Part shown: piece after piece, positions 38,512 through 49,515 of the stretch
Layout: the number at the start of each line of letters is the position of its first letter
Numbering within the stretch: position 1 is the stretch's first letter
Assembly: GCA_963815115.1 (NCBI GenBank)
Contig: CAWFFN010000008.1
Span: 736,001-800,000, forward strand
Source: an uncultured delta proteobacterium
GTDB lineage: Bacteria; Desulfobacterota; Binatia; DP-6
Reading direction: 5' to 3'
DNA length: 64,000 nucleotides
The notes under the pieces: generated by a model
Told to the model about the DNA's origin: nothing
The model's input: only the letters and a program-made list of their open reading frames with translations
The model's database searches: none
Position numbers and translations under genes: made by a program

Positions 38512-40920
38512 TCAGCTTCGGCCTTCATCCCTCGGTACCCCGTACCCGAGCACCCGGTAGCCGCGTAGTCGCTTCTCGAACATGCGGGCGAGCATCGGTA
38601 CCCGATGATCGACATAGTCGTAGATCCTCACCTCGGTCTTCTGCGGGTGGAGCCGGCTGAGCCGGCCTGCGTACTGGACGACCGTCCCCCTCCACGCGAT
38701 GGGCAAAGCCAGGAAGAGAGTGTCCAGGCGCGCGTCGTCCAGGCCTTCGCCGACGTAACGACCGGTCGCGAGCACGAGCCGCTCCTCGTGGTCTGGGATC
38801 AGCGCAAGACGGTCGAGAGCTGCACGACGCTCCCCCGCTCGGATTCCACCCTGCAGCACGACGACGTGACGTGCGAAGCCTCGAACGTGGTTCGCCAGAT
38901 ATTCCAGATGGTCCCTGCGCTCCGTCAACACGATGGGGGAACGGCCCTCGTCGACCGCGGCGATGATATCGTTGAGGATCAGCTCGTTCCGCGCTTTGTC
39001 ACCTGCGAGCGCAGCATACAGACCCTGGATGCCCGCGTCGGCGTCGATGGCCTCTGCCTCGAAGTCTGTCTGCCGGCAGATCAGGTGGTGCGCGAACGGC
39101 CGGCGGACTGCGTCGCTGCGTGGATCGACCATGTATCGTACCGGGCCACACTGCATGTGGACGATCGGCTGCTGGCCGTCCCGTCGGTAGGGCGTCGCGG
39201 TCAGCCCGACCACGAAGCGTGCCCTCACCTCGGCGAGCACCCGCTCGAACGACACGGCCGGGAGATGGTGGCATTCGTCGACGATCACGTGGCCGTAGCC
39301 GGCGGTCACTTCATCGACATCGCCGTCGCGGACCAGGCTTTGGATCATGGCCACGTCGACCCATCCCGTCACGCAGCGTTTCCCGCCCCCGATCTGGCCG
39401 ATCGCCTTCGCGTCCACGCCGAAGAACAGCGCGAGCTGCGTCCGCCACTGATCGAGCAAGGGCTTGCGGTGGACCAGCACCAGCGTGCTGCGCCCGCGAG
39501 CCGCGGTGAGATAGGTACCCACGACCGTCTTGCCTGTCCCCGGCGGCGCGACGAGCACGCCGGTATCGTGTGTCAGGAGTTGCTTGACGGCGTCCTGCTG
39601 GACCAGCGTTAGCTCACCGTGAAAGCTGGTCTCGATCGCTCGACCCTCGACCCGCCGGTCGTCCACGCGAAGCGTCGCACCATGGCTCCCGAGGAGCTCG
39701 GCCAGGTCTTCGCCACAGCCACGCGGCAGGGCGAGATGCTGTGGCAGATCCTCAGCGCAAGCGATCACCCGCGGCGTGAGCGCCGTCGACAGGCGTGCCT
39801 TCTGCCGCCGGTAAAACTCCGGGTTCTGGAAGGCCGCGAGGCGCTTGATCTGATTCAGGAGGGCCGACGGCAGGCGAGCCTTCTCGACGAAGAGACGCTG
39901 CGCGAGGACGACTCGAACCTCGGCCGGGACCGGCTCTGTGAGGTGTACACCCCTCGATCGTCGCGGGGACGGGATCACCCAGGGCTGCTCGGCGTCCCCG
40001 TCATCGGTCTGACTGATCTGGAGCCCGATGATCTCGCCACGCCGCGTACCCTGCTCTGCAACCGCCTCGACTGCGCCAGGGTTGATCGGGCGGACACTCG
40101 CAAGGAACGCCCATTGGTCGGGGAACGGCACGAGCGCGTCGTCGACGAACACCGTGTTCCCGCGCTGCCTCGCCCCGTGCTGAAGAGGCAGCGCGATCAG
40201 ATTCCCGAACCCTCCGCGTGGAAGCGTGTCCTGGTTCGGGAAGAGCCGATCGTACGACTCGAGAGACAGCTCATGGCGACGAGCCATCGTTTCCGTAATC
40301 AGGTAGCAGCCCATCTTGCGGGCGGTGCTCGCGAGAACCGGCGCCGCGAAGAAGAACCAGACGTGTGCCCCCTCGCCAGAGCGCGAACGCTCGACGGCAA
40401 CCGGCAAGCTCATGGCACGGCACGTGTCGACGAACGCGGCGACGTCGTCTGCCCAGGACTGCTTGTCGAAATCGGCAACGAGCAGCCAACAACGGCCGTC
40501 TTCGAGCATCGGATAGACGCCGACCACGTGGCGTCCCTGGAGATGATCCAACACCGCCTGGTCACTCACCGGGATGAAGGCCTGGTTCGGACAGTCCCCG
40601 CACTTGACGCGAGGCTTCTCGCACACGCCGCGCACCCATTCATTCGCGCAGGCGGGGGCGTAGCCATGACGGCCGGTGCGGAGGTTATCCCAGTACCGCG
40701 GGTAGACGTCATCGCGGCCGCGGAACAACCTTCGGAACAGGGCAACCTTCTCGGCGGACGTGGCGGGCGACGCCGCCGCGGCGATCGACGCAGTGCCGTT
40801 GCCCAGGGAAGCTTCGAGCGCCCGAAGGCGTTCACGCGTCTGAGCGCGCTCCTGCTCGAGCCGGTCGAGCACCGCCTGCTGTCGCGCAATCTCGCCGAGA
40901 ATGGTCTCGCGATCGCCCAC
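38512..40920 (-). CDS. AEP-primase-like (TOTE-type) domain fused to SF2 DEAD/ResIII helicase
   Basis: LFRGRDDVY, ADFD, ERSRSGEGAHVW, DRLFPNQD, GFGNLIALPLQ; APPGTGKT, DECH, TAT, QYAGR; GAGGAGG RBS. Confidence 0.85.
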   Translation of the reverse strand: MGDRETILGEIARQQAVLDRLEQERAQTRERLRALEASLGNGTASIAAAASPATSAEKVALFRRLFRGRDDVYPRYWDNLRTGRHGYAPACANEWVRGVCEKPRVKCGDCPNQAFIPVSDQAVLDHLQGRHVVGVYPMLEDGRCWLLVADFDKQSWADDVAAFVDTCRAMSLPVAVERSRSGEGAHVWFFFAAPVLASTARKMGCYLITETMARRHELSLESYDRLFPNQDTLPRGGFGNLIALPLQHGARQRGNTVFVDDALVPFPDQWAFLASVRPINPGAVEAVAEQGTRRGEIIGLQISQTDDGDAEQPWVIPSPRRSRGVHLTEPVPAEVRVVLAQRLFVEKARLPSALLNQIKRLAAFQNPEFYRRQKARLSTALTPRVIACAEDLPQHLALPRGCGEDLAELLGSHGATLRVDDRRVEGRAIETSFHGELTLVQQDAVKQLLTHDTGVLVAPPGTGKTVVGTYLTAARGRSTLVLVHRKPLLDQWRTQLALFFGVDAKAIGQIGGGKRCVTGWVDVAMIQSLVRDGDVDEVTAGYGHVIVDECHHLPAVSFERVLAEVRARFVVGLTATPYRRDGQQPIVHMQCGPVRYMVDPRSDAVRRPFAHHLICRQTDFEAEAIDADAGIQGLYAALAGDKARNELILNDIIAAVDEGRSPIVLTERRDHLEYLANHVRGFARHVVVLQGGIRAGERRAALDRLALIPDHEERLVLATGRYVGEGLDDARLDTLFLALPIAWRGTVVQYAGRLSRLHPQKTEVRIYDYVDHRVPMLARMFEKRLRGYRVLGYGVPRDEGRS

Positions 40921-41049
40921 TGCCTCCTCGCACAGCCCGCTACACCCGGCCCCTGGTGGCGGAGTGCACACTAGCGCCCTACGCGTTCGGAGAGAAGGTC
41001 ACCCTCCGCTCCTCCACCTCTCGGGAGGCGCCCCGCAACTCGAGGAAGA

Positions 41050-41129
41050 GGTAGGTTTCCCACCTCGCCCAAGAGTCGCGGCGCCTTCCCGGGTCGGGTG
41101 TCGCCCTGTCGGCAGATGACGCACGTCAT
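41050..41129 (-). pseudogene. YgiT-type zinc finger / MqsA-like antitoxin remnant
   Basis: MTCVICRQGDTRPGKA, then frame lost. Confidence 0.5.
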
Positions 41130-41671
41130 TGGCTTCGTCCTTGTCGACGGCCCCCCAGGATCCCGACGAGGAAGCCGGGGCTGAAGGGGATGACGTCATC
41201 GCTCCTCCTTCGTAACGGCCCCCTCGAGCAGGGTCCGGCACCCAGAGCAAGGGCCACGGCTAGACGGGATGAGGGAGCCGAGCTTCGCAGGCTGTGAACC
41301 CGGCTCAAGCTCCCAAGACACTCGACGACGCGGGCACGCTTCGAATGCTGCTCCGCCGGCGCTCCACCGTCCACCATGCCGGGGTGGGACCAAAACGCTG
41401 GATGACTGCCAAGCACCTCATGCTCCGGAACCGCAGCCCAGCCGAGTAGTCCACGAGGGCGGGACCTAGCCTGGTGAAGGCGGGGGGTCAGATGGTGTTC
41501 CGATTCCCGAGAAAGGGCTGCTGCCTCCGGGCCGTTTTCCGGGGTGTCAATGGACGAACGGAGCCGGCTCGCGATTTGCACCGGCTAGCCGCCAAAGGGT
41601 GCGACGCGTCCGATGTCCGCCATTGCTGCGATGAATGCCGTCGGAAACGGATTTCAGGGGGGCACGCTGGT

Positions 41672-42520
41672 ATGAGCGCCCTCGTCGAGGACGGCTCGCG
41701 CATCAGCCCGACCGCGCACTACACCGCGGACGTCTGGGTGCGCTCGGGTCTCTCGGATCCTGCTCTCTCCACCCGGCTCGGCGCGGTGCTCCATGCCGCG
41801 CTGGCACCGCTGAACCAGACCTACGGCCGCCTCTCGGGGCGGCCGAACCTCGACGCGATGCTCGTGGCGCGTCATCGCGCGCTCGACCGTCTCCTCGAGC
41901 GCGAGATCGCGGCGGGACGCGTCGGGCAGGTGATCGAGATCGCGGCCGGGCTCGCGGGTCGTGGCTACCGTTTCGCGAGACGCTTCCCCGCCTTGCGCTA
42001 CATCGAGACCGACCTGGCCGGCATGGCGGCGTACAAGCGCCGCGCGCTCGACGAGGCCGGGTTGCGCGGACCGAATCACGAGGTGCGGCCGCTCGACGCG
42101 CTCGCGGGCGACGGGCCGGCGAGCCTCGGAGCCGTCGCGGCCGAGCTCGTGGCGTCGCGCGGGCTCGCGATCATCACCGAAGGTCTTCTCAGCTACCTCG
42201 CCCGCGACGCCGTCCTGACGCTCTGGCGACGCGTCGCCGCGACGATCCGCGGCTTCGCGCACGGCTTCTACCTCTCCGACCTCCATCTTGCCTCCGACGT
42301 CGACGGGATGTGGATCCCCGAGCTGTTTCGCGTGGGGCTCGAGCTCTTCGCCCGCGGGCCGGTACGCTATCACTTCGCCTCGGCCGACGAGACGATGGCG
42401 GAGCTCCGCGCCGCGGGTTTCCGCGACGCACGTCTCTACTATCCGTCCGAGGTCGTGCCTCCCGATCGACCCGGCCGCGAGCCGGCGCACGTTATTCGCG
42501 TGCTGGCAGCGACGACTTAA
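41672..42520 (+). CDS. SAM-dependent methyltransferase (LCM/Ppm1-like)
   Basis: ISPTAHYTA, EIAAGL..RG, ETDL, TEGLLSY. Confidence 0.88.
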   Translation: MSALVEDGSRISPTAHYTADVWVRSGLSDPALSTRLGAVLHAALAPLNQTYGRLSGRPNLDAMLVARHRALDRLLEREIAAGRVGQVIEIAAGLAGRGYRFARRFPALRYIETDLAGMAAYKRRALDEAGLRGPNHEVRPLDALAGDGPASLGAVAAELVASRGLAIITEGLLSYLARDAVLTLWRRVAATIRGFAHGFYLSDLHLASDVDGMWIPELFRVGLELFARGPVRYHFASADETMAELRAAGFRDARLYYPSEVVPPDRPGREPAHVIRVLAATT

Positions 42521-42559
42521 AGGAGGACGAGACATCCCGCCCGCCTTGCCCCGTACTCT

Positions 42560-42800
42560 CCAGATAACGCGTGACCCCAACTTCGAGAACGGATCGTGCA
42601 CCAACGCGATCGCGTCGTGCGCCGACATCGCAACCTGCCTCGCTGCGTCGGCGAGTCCGCGGTGGACCAGGCGATCACGCTCTCCTACGCGATGGTCGAA
42701 CCAGGATCAGTTCGGCATGAAATCGACTCTGAACAAGTGCCAGGGCGCGATCGGCAAGGAGACGACGAAGTTTCTGCAGCGAGCGATCTCGACCATGAGG
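42560..42800 (+). pseudogene. fragment of Cys-rich secreted-type protein
   Basis: PNFENGSCTNAIASCADIATCL / LNKCQGAIGKETTKF, broken by frameshifts. Confidence 0.45.
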
Positions 42801-42993
42801 CCGCGGCGTTGCCGACCCTCGGCCTCCGCGCGTCGGTGCTGTAGCACCACGGTCACGCGAACTGCGGCAAGAAGAGACGCGAACGTGGAGCGCGTGGGTG
42901 GACCTGCCCCGCGAGGGTTGACGAACGCCTCGGAGGCGGACGTTCGCTGGGATCCCTACCTCCGGATCGAGTTCCTCTCCGAGCTGTGCGGCG

Positions 42994-43167
42994 TCACGCG
43001 GCGATGTTGAGGGAGGCCGTGGCCAAGGCCTTCTCGCGGAGTTGGATCGCCGGGCTCATGACGGTGTAGCCGAGCTCACTGCGGCATCCACCGCACGTCG
43101 GCGGCTCGTACGGGTTGGCCGTGAGGCGCGCGCCGCACATGGGGCATGGCCGCATCGTCGTCGTCAT
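42994..43167 (-). CDS. 57-aa zinc-ribbon microprotein
   Basis: MTTTMRPCPMCGARLTANPYEPPTCGGCRSELG...; two CxxC motifs, below the ORF-track cutoff. Confidence 0.5.
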   Translation of the reverse strand: MTTTMRPCPMCGARLTANPYEPPTCGGCRSELGYTVMSPAIQLREKALATASLNIAA

Positions 43168-44118
43168 GGCACGTCTCCGAAATCGGTCTCGGCGCCGTCG
43201 AAGTCGTCGCCGGGCCGTCCTTCCGCTGTCCTCAGTGACTCCCCTCGCTGCTCGACACCCTCGATTACACAGACGATACGAAGGTTGGTGTCGTGGCGCG
43301 GTCTGATTGCGGCGTTCTTATCCATGCGATTTTGCAACTCGTTCCGCCTACCCAAGGCGCGACGATCTACGCTCCAGCGGCCTGCGGCCGTTCGCCGCAT
43401 CGACGGTGCGTGCTGAGGAAGAGCGAACGGCGTGCCAACGAGCTATCGCAACTGAATGCCCACCGTTAGGTGATCAGGGCCTGGCTTGCCTGCGGGCCAA
43501 ACGTAGCTGGGAGCGACGAGATCGTGAGCGTAGGGCGCACGTGGATTCGACGCCCGCCGAGGAGATGAGCGGCTCGGGTGCCGGCGTGGTCCCTCCTGCC
43601 TGCCCCAAAATCAGCTAACGGATCGGGTACCCTAGGGACGCCCAGGCCCGTACGGTGTGAATCGTGGCGGCCGGCGTACAGGTTGCGCGGAGCCAATTGA
43701 AGAAACTTCAGCCGACCGGGCGCCCGTTCCCGGCCGGGAAACACGCTCTGCCGCAATACCGTCACCCTGGGGCGAAGGCTACGCGAACGCGCGCGGGACG
43801 GAGGCGGTCCGCAGTCGAGCCTGATGCGACGGTTCTACCTTGGGGTGGCCGTGACTCGCCATGACTGGAGAAACCTATCGCGCCGGGTTGGTTGAGCAGG
43901 CGGGTCACAGCGAAAGACGGCCCACGGCGCTGCGGCTCCGAATTCGCGTCTCGGCTCGCCAGCCCCCCCGCCCGCTTCGCGGCAACGCTATGACGATTCT
44001 GCTGTTCGCAGCGTCGTGCGTTGTCATCGACTAGGAGGAGTCGCGAGGTGTCCCGCGGCGCCCGCACCGGCGACACCGGACGGAGCCGTAACAGCTCAAC
44101 GCGCCACGGGATTTCAAA

Positions 44119-44323
44119 AGCCACCCGCCGGAGTCGAACCGGCGACCTACTAATTACGAAAGGACGCAGGAGGTTGCCGGCAGGTTCCGGCGGGTGCTCG
44201 TCTCTCGGAAGATTCAGGGGTTACGCGTTGGCGCTGACCCACCAGGAGGCACCGGCAGGCATGGGCATGGTGACTGGATGGAGACTGACCGATGCCTTGG
44301 TGAGGACAGTGACCTATTGATTC
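44119..44323 (-). repeat. att-like repeat copy 4 (inverted) with tRNA-Thr(CGT) 3' half
   Basis: Reverse complement aligns along its full length with 34704-34907. Confidence 0.9.
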
Positions 44324-44444
44324 TCCACCCGCGGTGAGCGCGCGAGGCGAAGAGGATGGCGCGCTGCTTGGGTTGCCGGGGTGACCACTCACAGCCCCCT
44401 TTGGCGTCGCCCCAATAGTGAAGAACATGCGGCCAGGATCGGCC

Positions 44445-44729
44445 TCAGGCCGCGCGCCGGACCCGGATGTAGGCTTCCAGCCCTGCGGCTTCTACGAGCC
44501 GCAGCACGCGATCGATCGTGACCTTCTGCAGGCTCCCTGAGAGAATGCCCGTGACGGCGCTTCGGGAAAGGCCGGAGTGCGCGGCCAGCTCAGCATGCGT
44601 GAGGCCTCGTCGATCGACCTCTCGCAGGACAGCCGCGATGAGCTGTGCCTTGAGCACTGCCTCGAGACCGCGGCTCTTCGGGATGCCGAGGAGCTTTGCC
44701 AGGCGGTCGGCGGACGTCTTCTTGCTCAT
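44445..44729 (-). CDS. XRE HTH antitoxin (HigA-like)
   Basis: GLTHAELAAHSGLSRSAVTGI...TIDR. Confidence 0.85.
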   Translation of the reverse strand: MSKKTSADRLAKLLGIPKSRGLEAVLKAQLIAAVLREVDRRGLTHAELAAHSGLSRSAVTGILSGSLQKVTIDRVLRLVEAAGLEAYIRVRRAA

Positions 44730-45043
44730 TGCGTCAGCTCCTTCAGACGCTTTCGCGCCAGATCGATGTGGCGTCCAGGGGTTGTCTGCGTGGTCTTCTT
44801 GAAGGTGTGTAGGACATGTACCGCTCCACGACGAATGAGCGCGTAGATCACCCGGTAGTGACCGGAACGATCGCGAAGCCGTAGCTCATGGACGGCCCGG
44901 CCAATGCTGGGCATGGCACGTGACAGCGGCATGGCGAGCATGAGGCCAGCGTCGAGGCGGGCGAGCGCATCTGCGAGATCGCTACGCACATCCATCGGGA
45001 ATGCATCAAGCTCTCGGCGACAAGCCGGGACGATGATGATCAC
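44726..45043 (-). CDS. RelE/HigB (Gp49-like) toxin
   Basis: HELRLRDRSGHYRVIY...LHTFKKTTQTTP. Confidence 0.88.
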   Translation of the reverse strand: MIIIVPACRRELDAFPMDVRSDLADALARLDAGLMLAMPLSRAMPSIGRAVHELRLRDRSGHYRVIYALIRRGAVHVLHTFKKTTQTTPGRHIDLARKRLKELTQ

Positions 45044-45165
45044 ATGCTAGGGTCTCATAAATGAGACGTGAGGTCCAGTCTGCGGGTGGTCGCGCGCGAG
45101 TGGGAGGCCGGACCTTCCCAGGGGACCGGCGCGTGTCAATGAGATGAGAGAGGGGCATGGTGAAA

Positions 45166-46308
45166 TTACTGTCCCGCCGCGACGTCGAGCTCCGCGAGCA
45201 GGAGGTCGTCCGCAGCCACGAGCATCGAGACTGGGGGGGTACCTGGACCTTGGACCGGCTCCGTTGCGGGCGTCTGCGGGGCTCTGAGCGCGACGTTTCT
45301 TCGCGATCGCGGGCTCGGAACGCCATTGCGGTCGAGGGCCGGCGGATTGATCCACACTTCCGTCGGGGGCTGTTGCACCCGCGGTGTCTTCCCCTTGAAG
45401 CGTTCGGGATGAGCCGCGAATGCCGCCGCGAGCGTTTCCCCCCGTCGTGCCACGATCGCCAGGGCCGTCCCGCTGTGCACGCTCACCGGCGTCAGGAACC
45501 CGATCCCGCTGTGCCGATGCTCTTCGTTGTACCAGGGGAAGAATCGCCGCAGGAATCCCAGGGCGTCCTGCTGCGACCCGAATCGCTCGGGAAACTCCGG
45601 ACGCGACTTCAACGTGCGAAACTGCGACTCCGAAAACGGATTGTCGTTGCTGGTGTACGGTCGCGTCAGGCTCCGCGTGATCGACAGGTCGGCCAACAGC
45701 TGGCCCACCGTCTTCGACGTCATCGCCGGCCCGCGGTCGGAGTGCAGCGTCAGGACCGCCTCCGCGATCCCCTCCTTCTCGCAGCTCTCCTTGATCAAGC
45801 GGCGCGCCAACGTCGCCGACTCTCGATCCGCCAAGAGCCACCCCACCACGTAGCGGCTGAAGATGTCGAGCAGCACGTAGAGGTAGAAGTACGTCCACTT
45901 CGCCGGCCCCTTGAGCTTCGTGATGTCCCACGACCACACCTGGTTCGGTCCCGTCGCCAGGAGCTCGGGCCGCGTCGCCACCGGGTGGCGCAGCTGGTTG
46001 CGCCGCTCGCGGACTTCCCCGTGCCGATCGAGAATCCGGTACATCGTCCGCAGCGAGCAGTGGTAGGTTCCCTCCTCGAGCAACGTCGCGTACACCTCCG
46101 CCGGAGCCTGGTCGATGAACCGTTCCGAATGCAGCACGTCGAGAACGGCAGCCTCCTCGACCTCGGACAATGCCAGCGGCGGCCGCGATCGAACCGCCGT
46201 CTCCGAACATGGTCGCCGCCACCGGTAAAAACTTGCCGGGGCCACGCCCAACGCCCCACAGGCGGCCTGGACCCCCACGGCGTCGGCCAACGTCTGCGCC
46301 GTCGCCAT
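45166..46308 (-). CDS. IS3 transposase OrfB
   Basis: WSWDITKL...DIFSRY...HSDRG...NDNPFSESQF. Confidence 0.92.
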   Translation of the reverse strand: MATAQTLADAVGVQAACGALGVAPASFYRWRRPCSETAVRSRPPLALSEVEEAAVLDVLHSERFIDQAPAEVYATLLEEGTYHCSLRTMYRILDRHGEVRERRNQLRHPVATRPELLATGPNQVWSWDITKLKGPAKWTYFYLYVLLDIFSRYVVGWLLADRESATLARRLIKESCEKEGIAEAVLTLHSDRGPAMTSKTVGQLLADLSITRSLTRPYTSNDNPFSESQFRTLKSRPEFPERFGSQQDALGFLRRFFPWYNEEHRHSGIGFLTPVSVHSGTALAIVARRGETLAAAFAAHPERFKGKTPRVQQPPTEVWINPPALDRNGVPSPRSRRNVALRAPQTPATEPVQGPGTPPVSMLVAADDLLLAELDVAAGQ

Positions 46309-46787
46309 CAGCTCCCGACCTCCTCGTCGCTCGGCGGCAGCCCCAGCAACTGTGAGACTTTTTTTTGAACGTCGATGATCACGTGCGCCTTGCGCAGCTC
46401 CTCCCGCAGCCGCGCGTTCTCCCGCTCCATCCCGGCGAGTCGCTTCGCCAACGGATGCGCCACCGCCTTGCGCCCGCGCGCGTGCCCCGCCAGCCCGACC
46501 AACGCCCCCGCCTCGCGCTGCTGACGCCACACGCTCAGATGCGACGTGTAGAGCCCCTCGCGTCGCAGCAGCGCCCCGATCTCCCCCGGCTCGCGACACC
46601 CGTCGGCCTCGGCCAGGAGCTGTCGCTTGTACTCGGCCGTGAACCGGCGCCGCTGCGCCTTCGCCGGAACCTCCGGATTCTTGCGGCCCGTCGGCGCCGG
46701 CGCGCCCGCAACTTCAGTCGCCCTACGGGCTCCTTCCGTTCCGGGCGCGCTTCCTGATCCCCCGCCATCCCTCACCTTCACTCCCAC
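46308..46787 (-). CDS. IS3 transposase OrfA
   Basis: RRRFTAEYK...LLRREGLY...DVQKKVS. Confidence 0.88.
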   Translation of the reverse strand: MGVKVRDGGGSGSAPGTEGARRATEVAGAPAPTGRKNPEVPAKAQRRRFTAEYKRQLLAEADGCREPGEIGALLRREGLYTSHLSVWRQQREAGALVGLAGHARGRKAVAHPLAKRLAGMERENARLREELRKAHVIIDVQKKVSQLLGLPPSDEEVGS

Positions 46788-46857
46788 CTCGCTCGCCTTC
46801 CTCCGTCCCCTCGTACACTAAATTCGGATCGCCTCCTCTCTCACGTTCATTGGCACA

Positions 46858-47973
46858 GGGGGGCTGTCGTATCAGGTTCCCGAGTCGCCACAGGCCTTTC
46901 GCGCCGTCGTTCATGAAGCTCGCGCCTGCATTCGCGACGATGAAGTGCATGCATCCCGCCCGCGCGATCGGCGCCACCTGTTCGCAGATCTCCCGCGGAC
47001 TGCCGGCATAGATGACCGTCTCGATGATGGCCGCCGTCATCGTCGCGGCTGCCTGGTCCACGTGCTCCCGGCCCACCCACGTCGGTACCAGATCCGGGAA
47101 CCCACCGTGCGATGCCCCCAGCGGATGGCTCCGCCCATGCGCTCGCCACACGCTCGCCGGCGCCCCCAGCGCCATCGCCGCGCACACGAGGCTCCGGAGC
47201 GCCCGTTCGAGCACCTGCTCCCGGCTCTCCCCGAGCGCGACCAGCATCGTGTGCGTCGCCGTGAAGCGCTCGAGGCTCCGTCCCGCCTCCTCGGCGGCGC
47301 GGCGGATCACTCCGAGCCGCTTTGCGTACTCCTCACCCGATACGCGCTGCCCCGGCAGCCAGCCATCGCCGAAGCGGCCCGCGAGACGCAGCATGCGCGG
47401 ATAGTGCGCGGCGACGAAGAGCCGCGGCGGCTTCCGGCCATACAACGGCAGGCCGAACACGGCGTCGCGCAGCGTCCAGAACCGCCCCGAGTAACTGACT
47501 GGCCGCCCGCCGCTCGCCCACAGCAGCCGAATGATCGTCAGCGCCTCCTCGAGCCGCTCGACGTTCTGCCCGTACGGCAGCCCGTACGGCTCGGTGTTCT
47601 CCCGGATGCCGTTGCCGATGCCGAGGATCGCGCGCCCCCGGGAGATGTGGTCGAGCGTCACGAACGACTGTGCAAGCGACATCGGGTGCCGGCGGATGCT
47701 CTCCGTGACCGACGTGCCGACGTCGACGCGCCGAATCCGCTTCGCGGTGAGCGCCAGCACCTGGAGCGGATCGAAGAGAGCGTCGATCGACGGCACGATC
47801 CGCGCCGCGGCCGTGATGCCCGGCCGCCAGACCTCCGGGGGCGTGAAGCTCATGAAGTGGTCGGGTACCCAGATCGCGGACGCGCCCATCAGCCGTGCCA
47901 GGCGCATATTGATCCGCGAGACCCAGAGTGGGTACACGCAGGCGTCTTGGTAGCCGACCGTCACGCGCGCCAT
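46858..47973 (-). CDS. LLM-class (likely F420) oxidoreductase, 3' end interrupted by IS
   Basis: WVPDH, TLDHISRGRAILGIG, AGRFGDGW; ORF reads into the IS terminus. Confidence 0.85.
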
Positions 47974-48035
47974 CGTTCGTCCATCGCCGGCCCGCATAGC
48001 ATGCCGGCGGCGCCGACCCGCTGCAGGCCCCCGCT

Positions 48036-48470
48036 GTGACCTGGCGGGTGATCCAGTGGGCGACCGGCAACGTCGGCCGCGCGGCCGTTCAGGGCATCGT
48101 TTCCCATCCGGAGCTGGAGCTCGTCGGCGCCTGGGTGCAGCGCGGACAAGGCGGGACGCGACGTCGGCGAGCTGTGTGGCGTCGGTCCGCTCGGCGTCCG
48201 GGCCACGGCCGACGTCGACGAGATTTTGACGCTGCGGGCGGACTGCGTCGTCTACGCGCCCCTTCTGCCGCAGTTCGACGAGGTGGTCCGCCTGCTCGAG
48301 TCGGGAAAGAACGTTGTGACGCCCGTAGGCTGGTTCTATCCAGGGCGCTCGGCGGGCGTTGCGGAGCTGGAGGCCGCCTGCCGGACGGGCGGCGTGTCAC
48401 TGCACGGCACCGGCATTCATCCCGGTGGGATCACGGAGCTCTTGCCGCTGACGCTCTCGGCGCTGTCTTG
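48036..48470 (+). pseudogene. dihydrodipicolinate-reductase-like dehydrogenase, N-terminal fragment
   Basis: RVIQWATGNVG...(frameshift)...LLESGKNVVT...HGTGIHPG. Confidence 0.75.
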
Positions 48471-48477
48471 CCATCCG

Positions 48478-48605
48478 CCCCGAGAGGGTCAGCATATTCA
48501 ACGTCTCGGGCCAGTCGCCGCCCCACGACTCCGTGGTGACCAGCCGCTCGGGCGGCGTGACCTCTCGATACACGCCGCGCATCGCCATCTCGGTGCCGTC
48601 GGAAC
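48478..48605 (-). pseudogene. SRPBCC/AHSA1 internal fragment
   Basis: GVYREVTPPERLVTTESWGGDWPE. Confidence 0.65.
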
Positions 48606-48744
48606 TGCGCCAGAACAGGGGGTACCGGGCGAATGGCGGCTATGCCGCCTCGTCGGCTGAGCCCGGGGCCGCGCGGCACGCGGGTATTGCGGCGGCCGCC
48701 GGAACAGCTTCGATGGCGGCTGCCTGCCCGTCGGACCCGCCACC

Positions 48745-48960
48745 ACCACCATCACCCCCGCCCGCTTCGACGCCGTCATCTTCGACCTCGACGGCGTCGT
48801 GACGCACACCGCACAGACAGACGCCGCTGCCTGGAAGCGCACCTTCGACGAGTTCCTCGCCGGCCACGCCGGGGAGCGCCCCGTCGTTCCCTTCAGCGAC
48901 GAAGACTACCGGTCGTTCGTCGACGGCCGCCCCGGGTCTCGACGGGGGGGCGTTTCTCGC
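48745..48960 (+). pseudogene. HAD beta-phosphoglucomutase N-terminal fragment
   Basis: FDAVIFDLDGVVTHTA...AWKRTFDEFL...VDGRP. Confidence 0.75.
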
Positions 48961-49083
48961 GTCGCGCGGCATCGCGCTTCCCGAAGGAACGCCCGACGAC
49001 GCCCCAGGGAGCGCCACCGTGTGGGCGCGTCCGTGGCGACCGGCGGTCGTGGCGGAACCCAGTTTGCTGCTAGGTTCGTCGGC

Positions 49084-49515
49084 ATGAACCCACTCCTCGA
49101 AAGCGTCATGGGTCCGCTGCTCACCGTGCACCAGTGGCTCTACGAGAACACCGATGGACGGATCGGCGCGAGCCTCGGGGGCCGGCCGATGCTGCTTCTG
49201 CGCACCGTCGGGCGTCGTAGCCGTGAGCCCCGCACCGCCGCGCTGCTCTACGTGCGCGATGGGAACGCGTACGCGGTGATCGCGTCGAAGGGTGGCGCGC
49301 CGCACCACCCGGGGTGGTTCCACAACCTCACCGCTCAGCCCGACGTGGAGATCCAGGTGGGCCGCGCGCGGATCCCGGTGCGCGCCCGGGTCGCCGAGGG
49401 CGAGGAGCGCTCCCGACTCTGGGCGCGCGCGGACGAGATCAACCAGGGCCAGTACGCCACGTACCAGTGCCGCACGAGCCGCGTGATCCCGGTCGTGGTG
49501 CTCGAGCCGCGCTGA
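49084..49515 (+). CDS. deazaflavin-dependent nitroreductase (Ddn-like)
   Basis: LLRTVGRRS, ASKGGAPHHPGWFHNL, R.IPVVVL. Confidence 0.9.
   Translation: MNPLLESVMGPLLTVHQWLYENTDGRIGASLGGRPMLLLRTVGRRSREPRTAALLYVRDGNAYAVIASKGGAPHHPGWFHNLTAQPDVEIQVGRARIPVRARVAEGEERSRLWARADEINQGQYATYQCRTSRVIPVVVLEPR

Larger units (their letters stand above)
45132..46857 (-). mobile_element. IS3-family insertion sequence (~1.73 kb)
   Basis: Imperfect IRs CGTGTCAATGAGATGAGAGAGG / TGTGCCAATGAACGTGAGAGAGG; orfA and orfB present. Confidence 0.85.
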
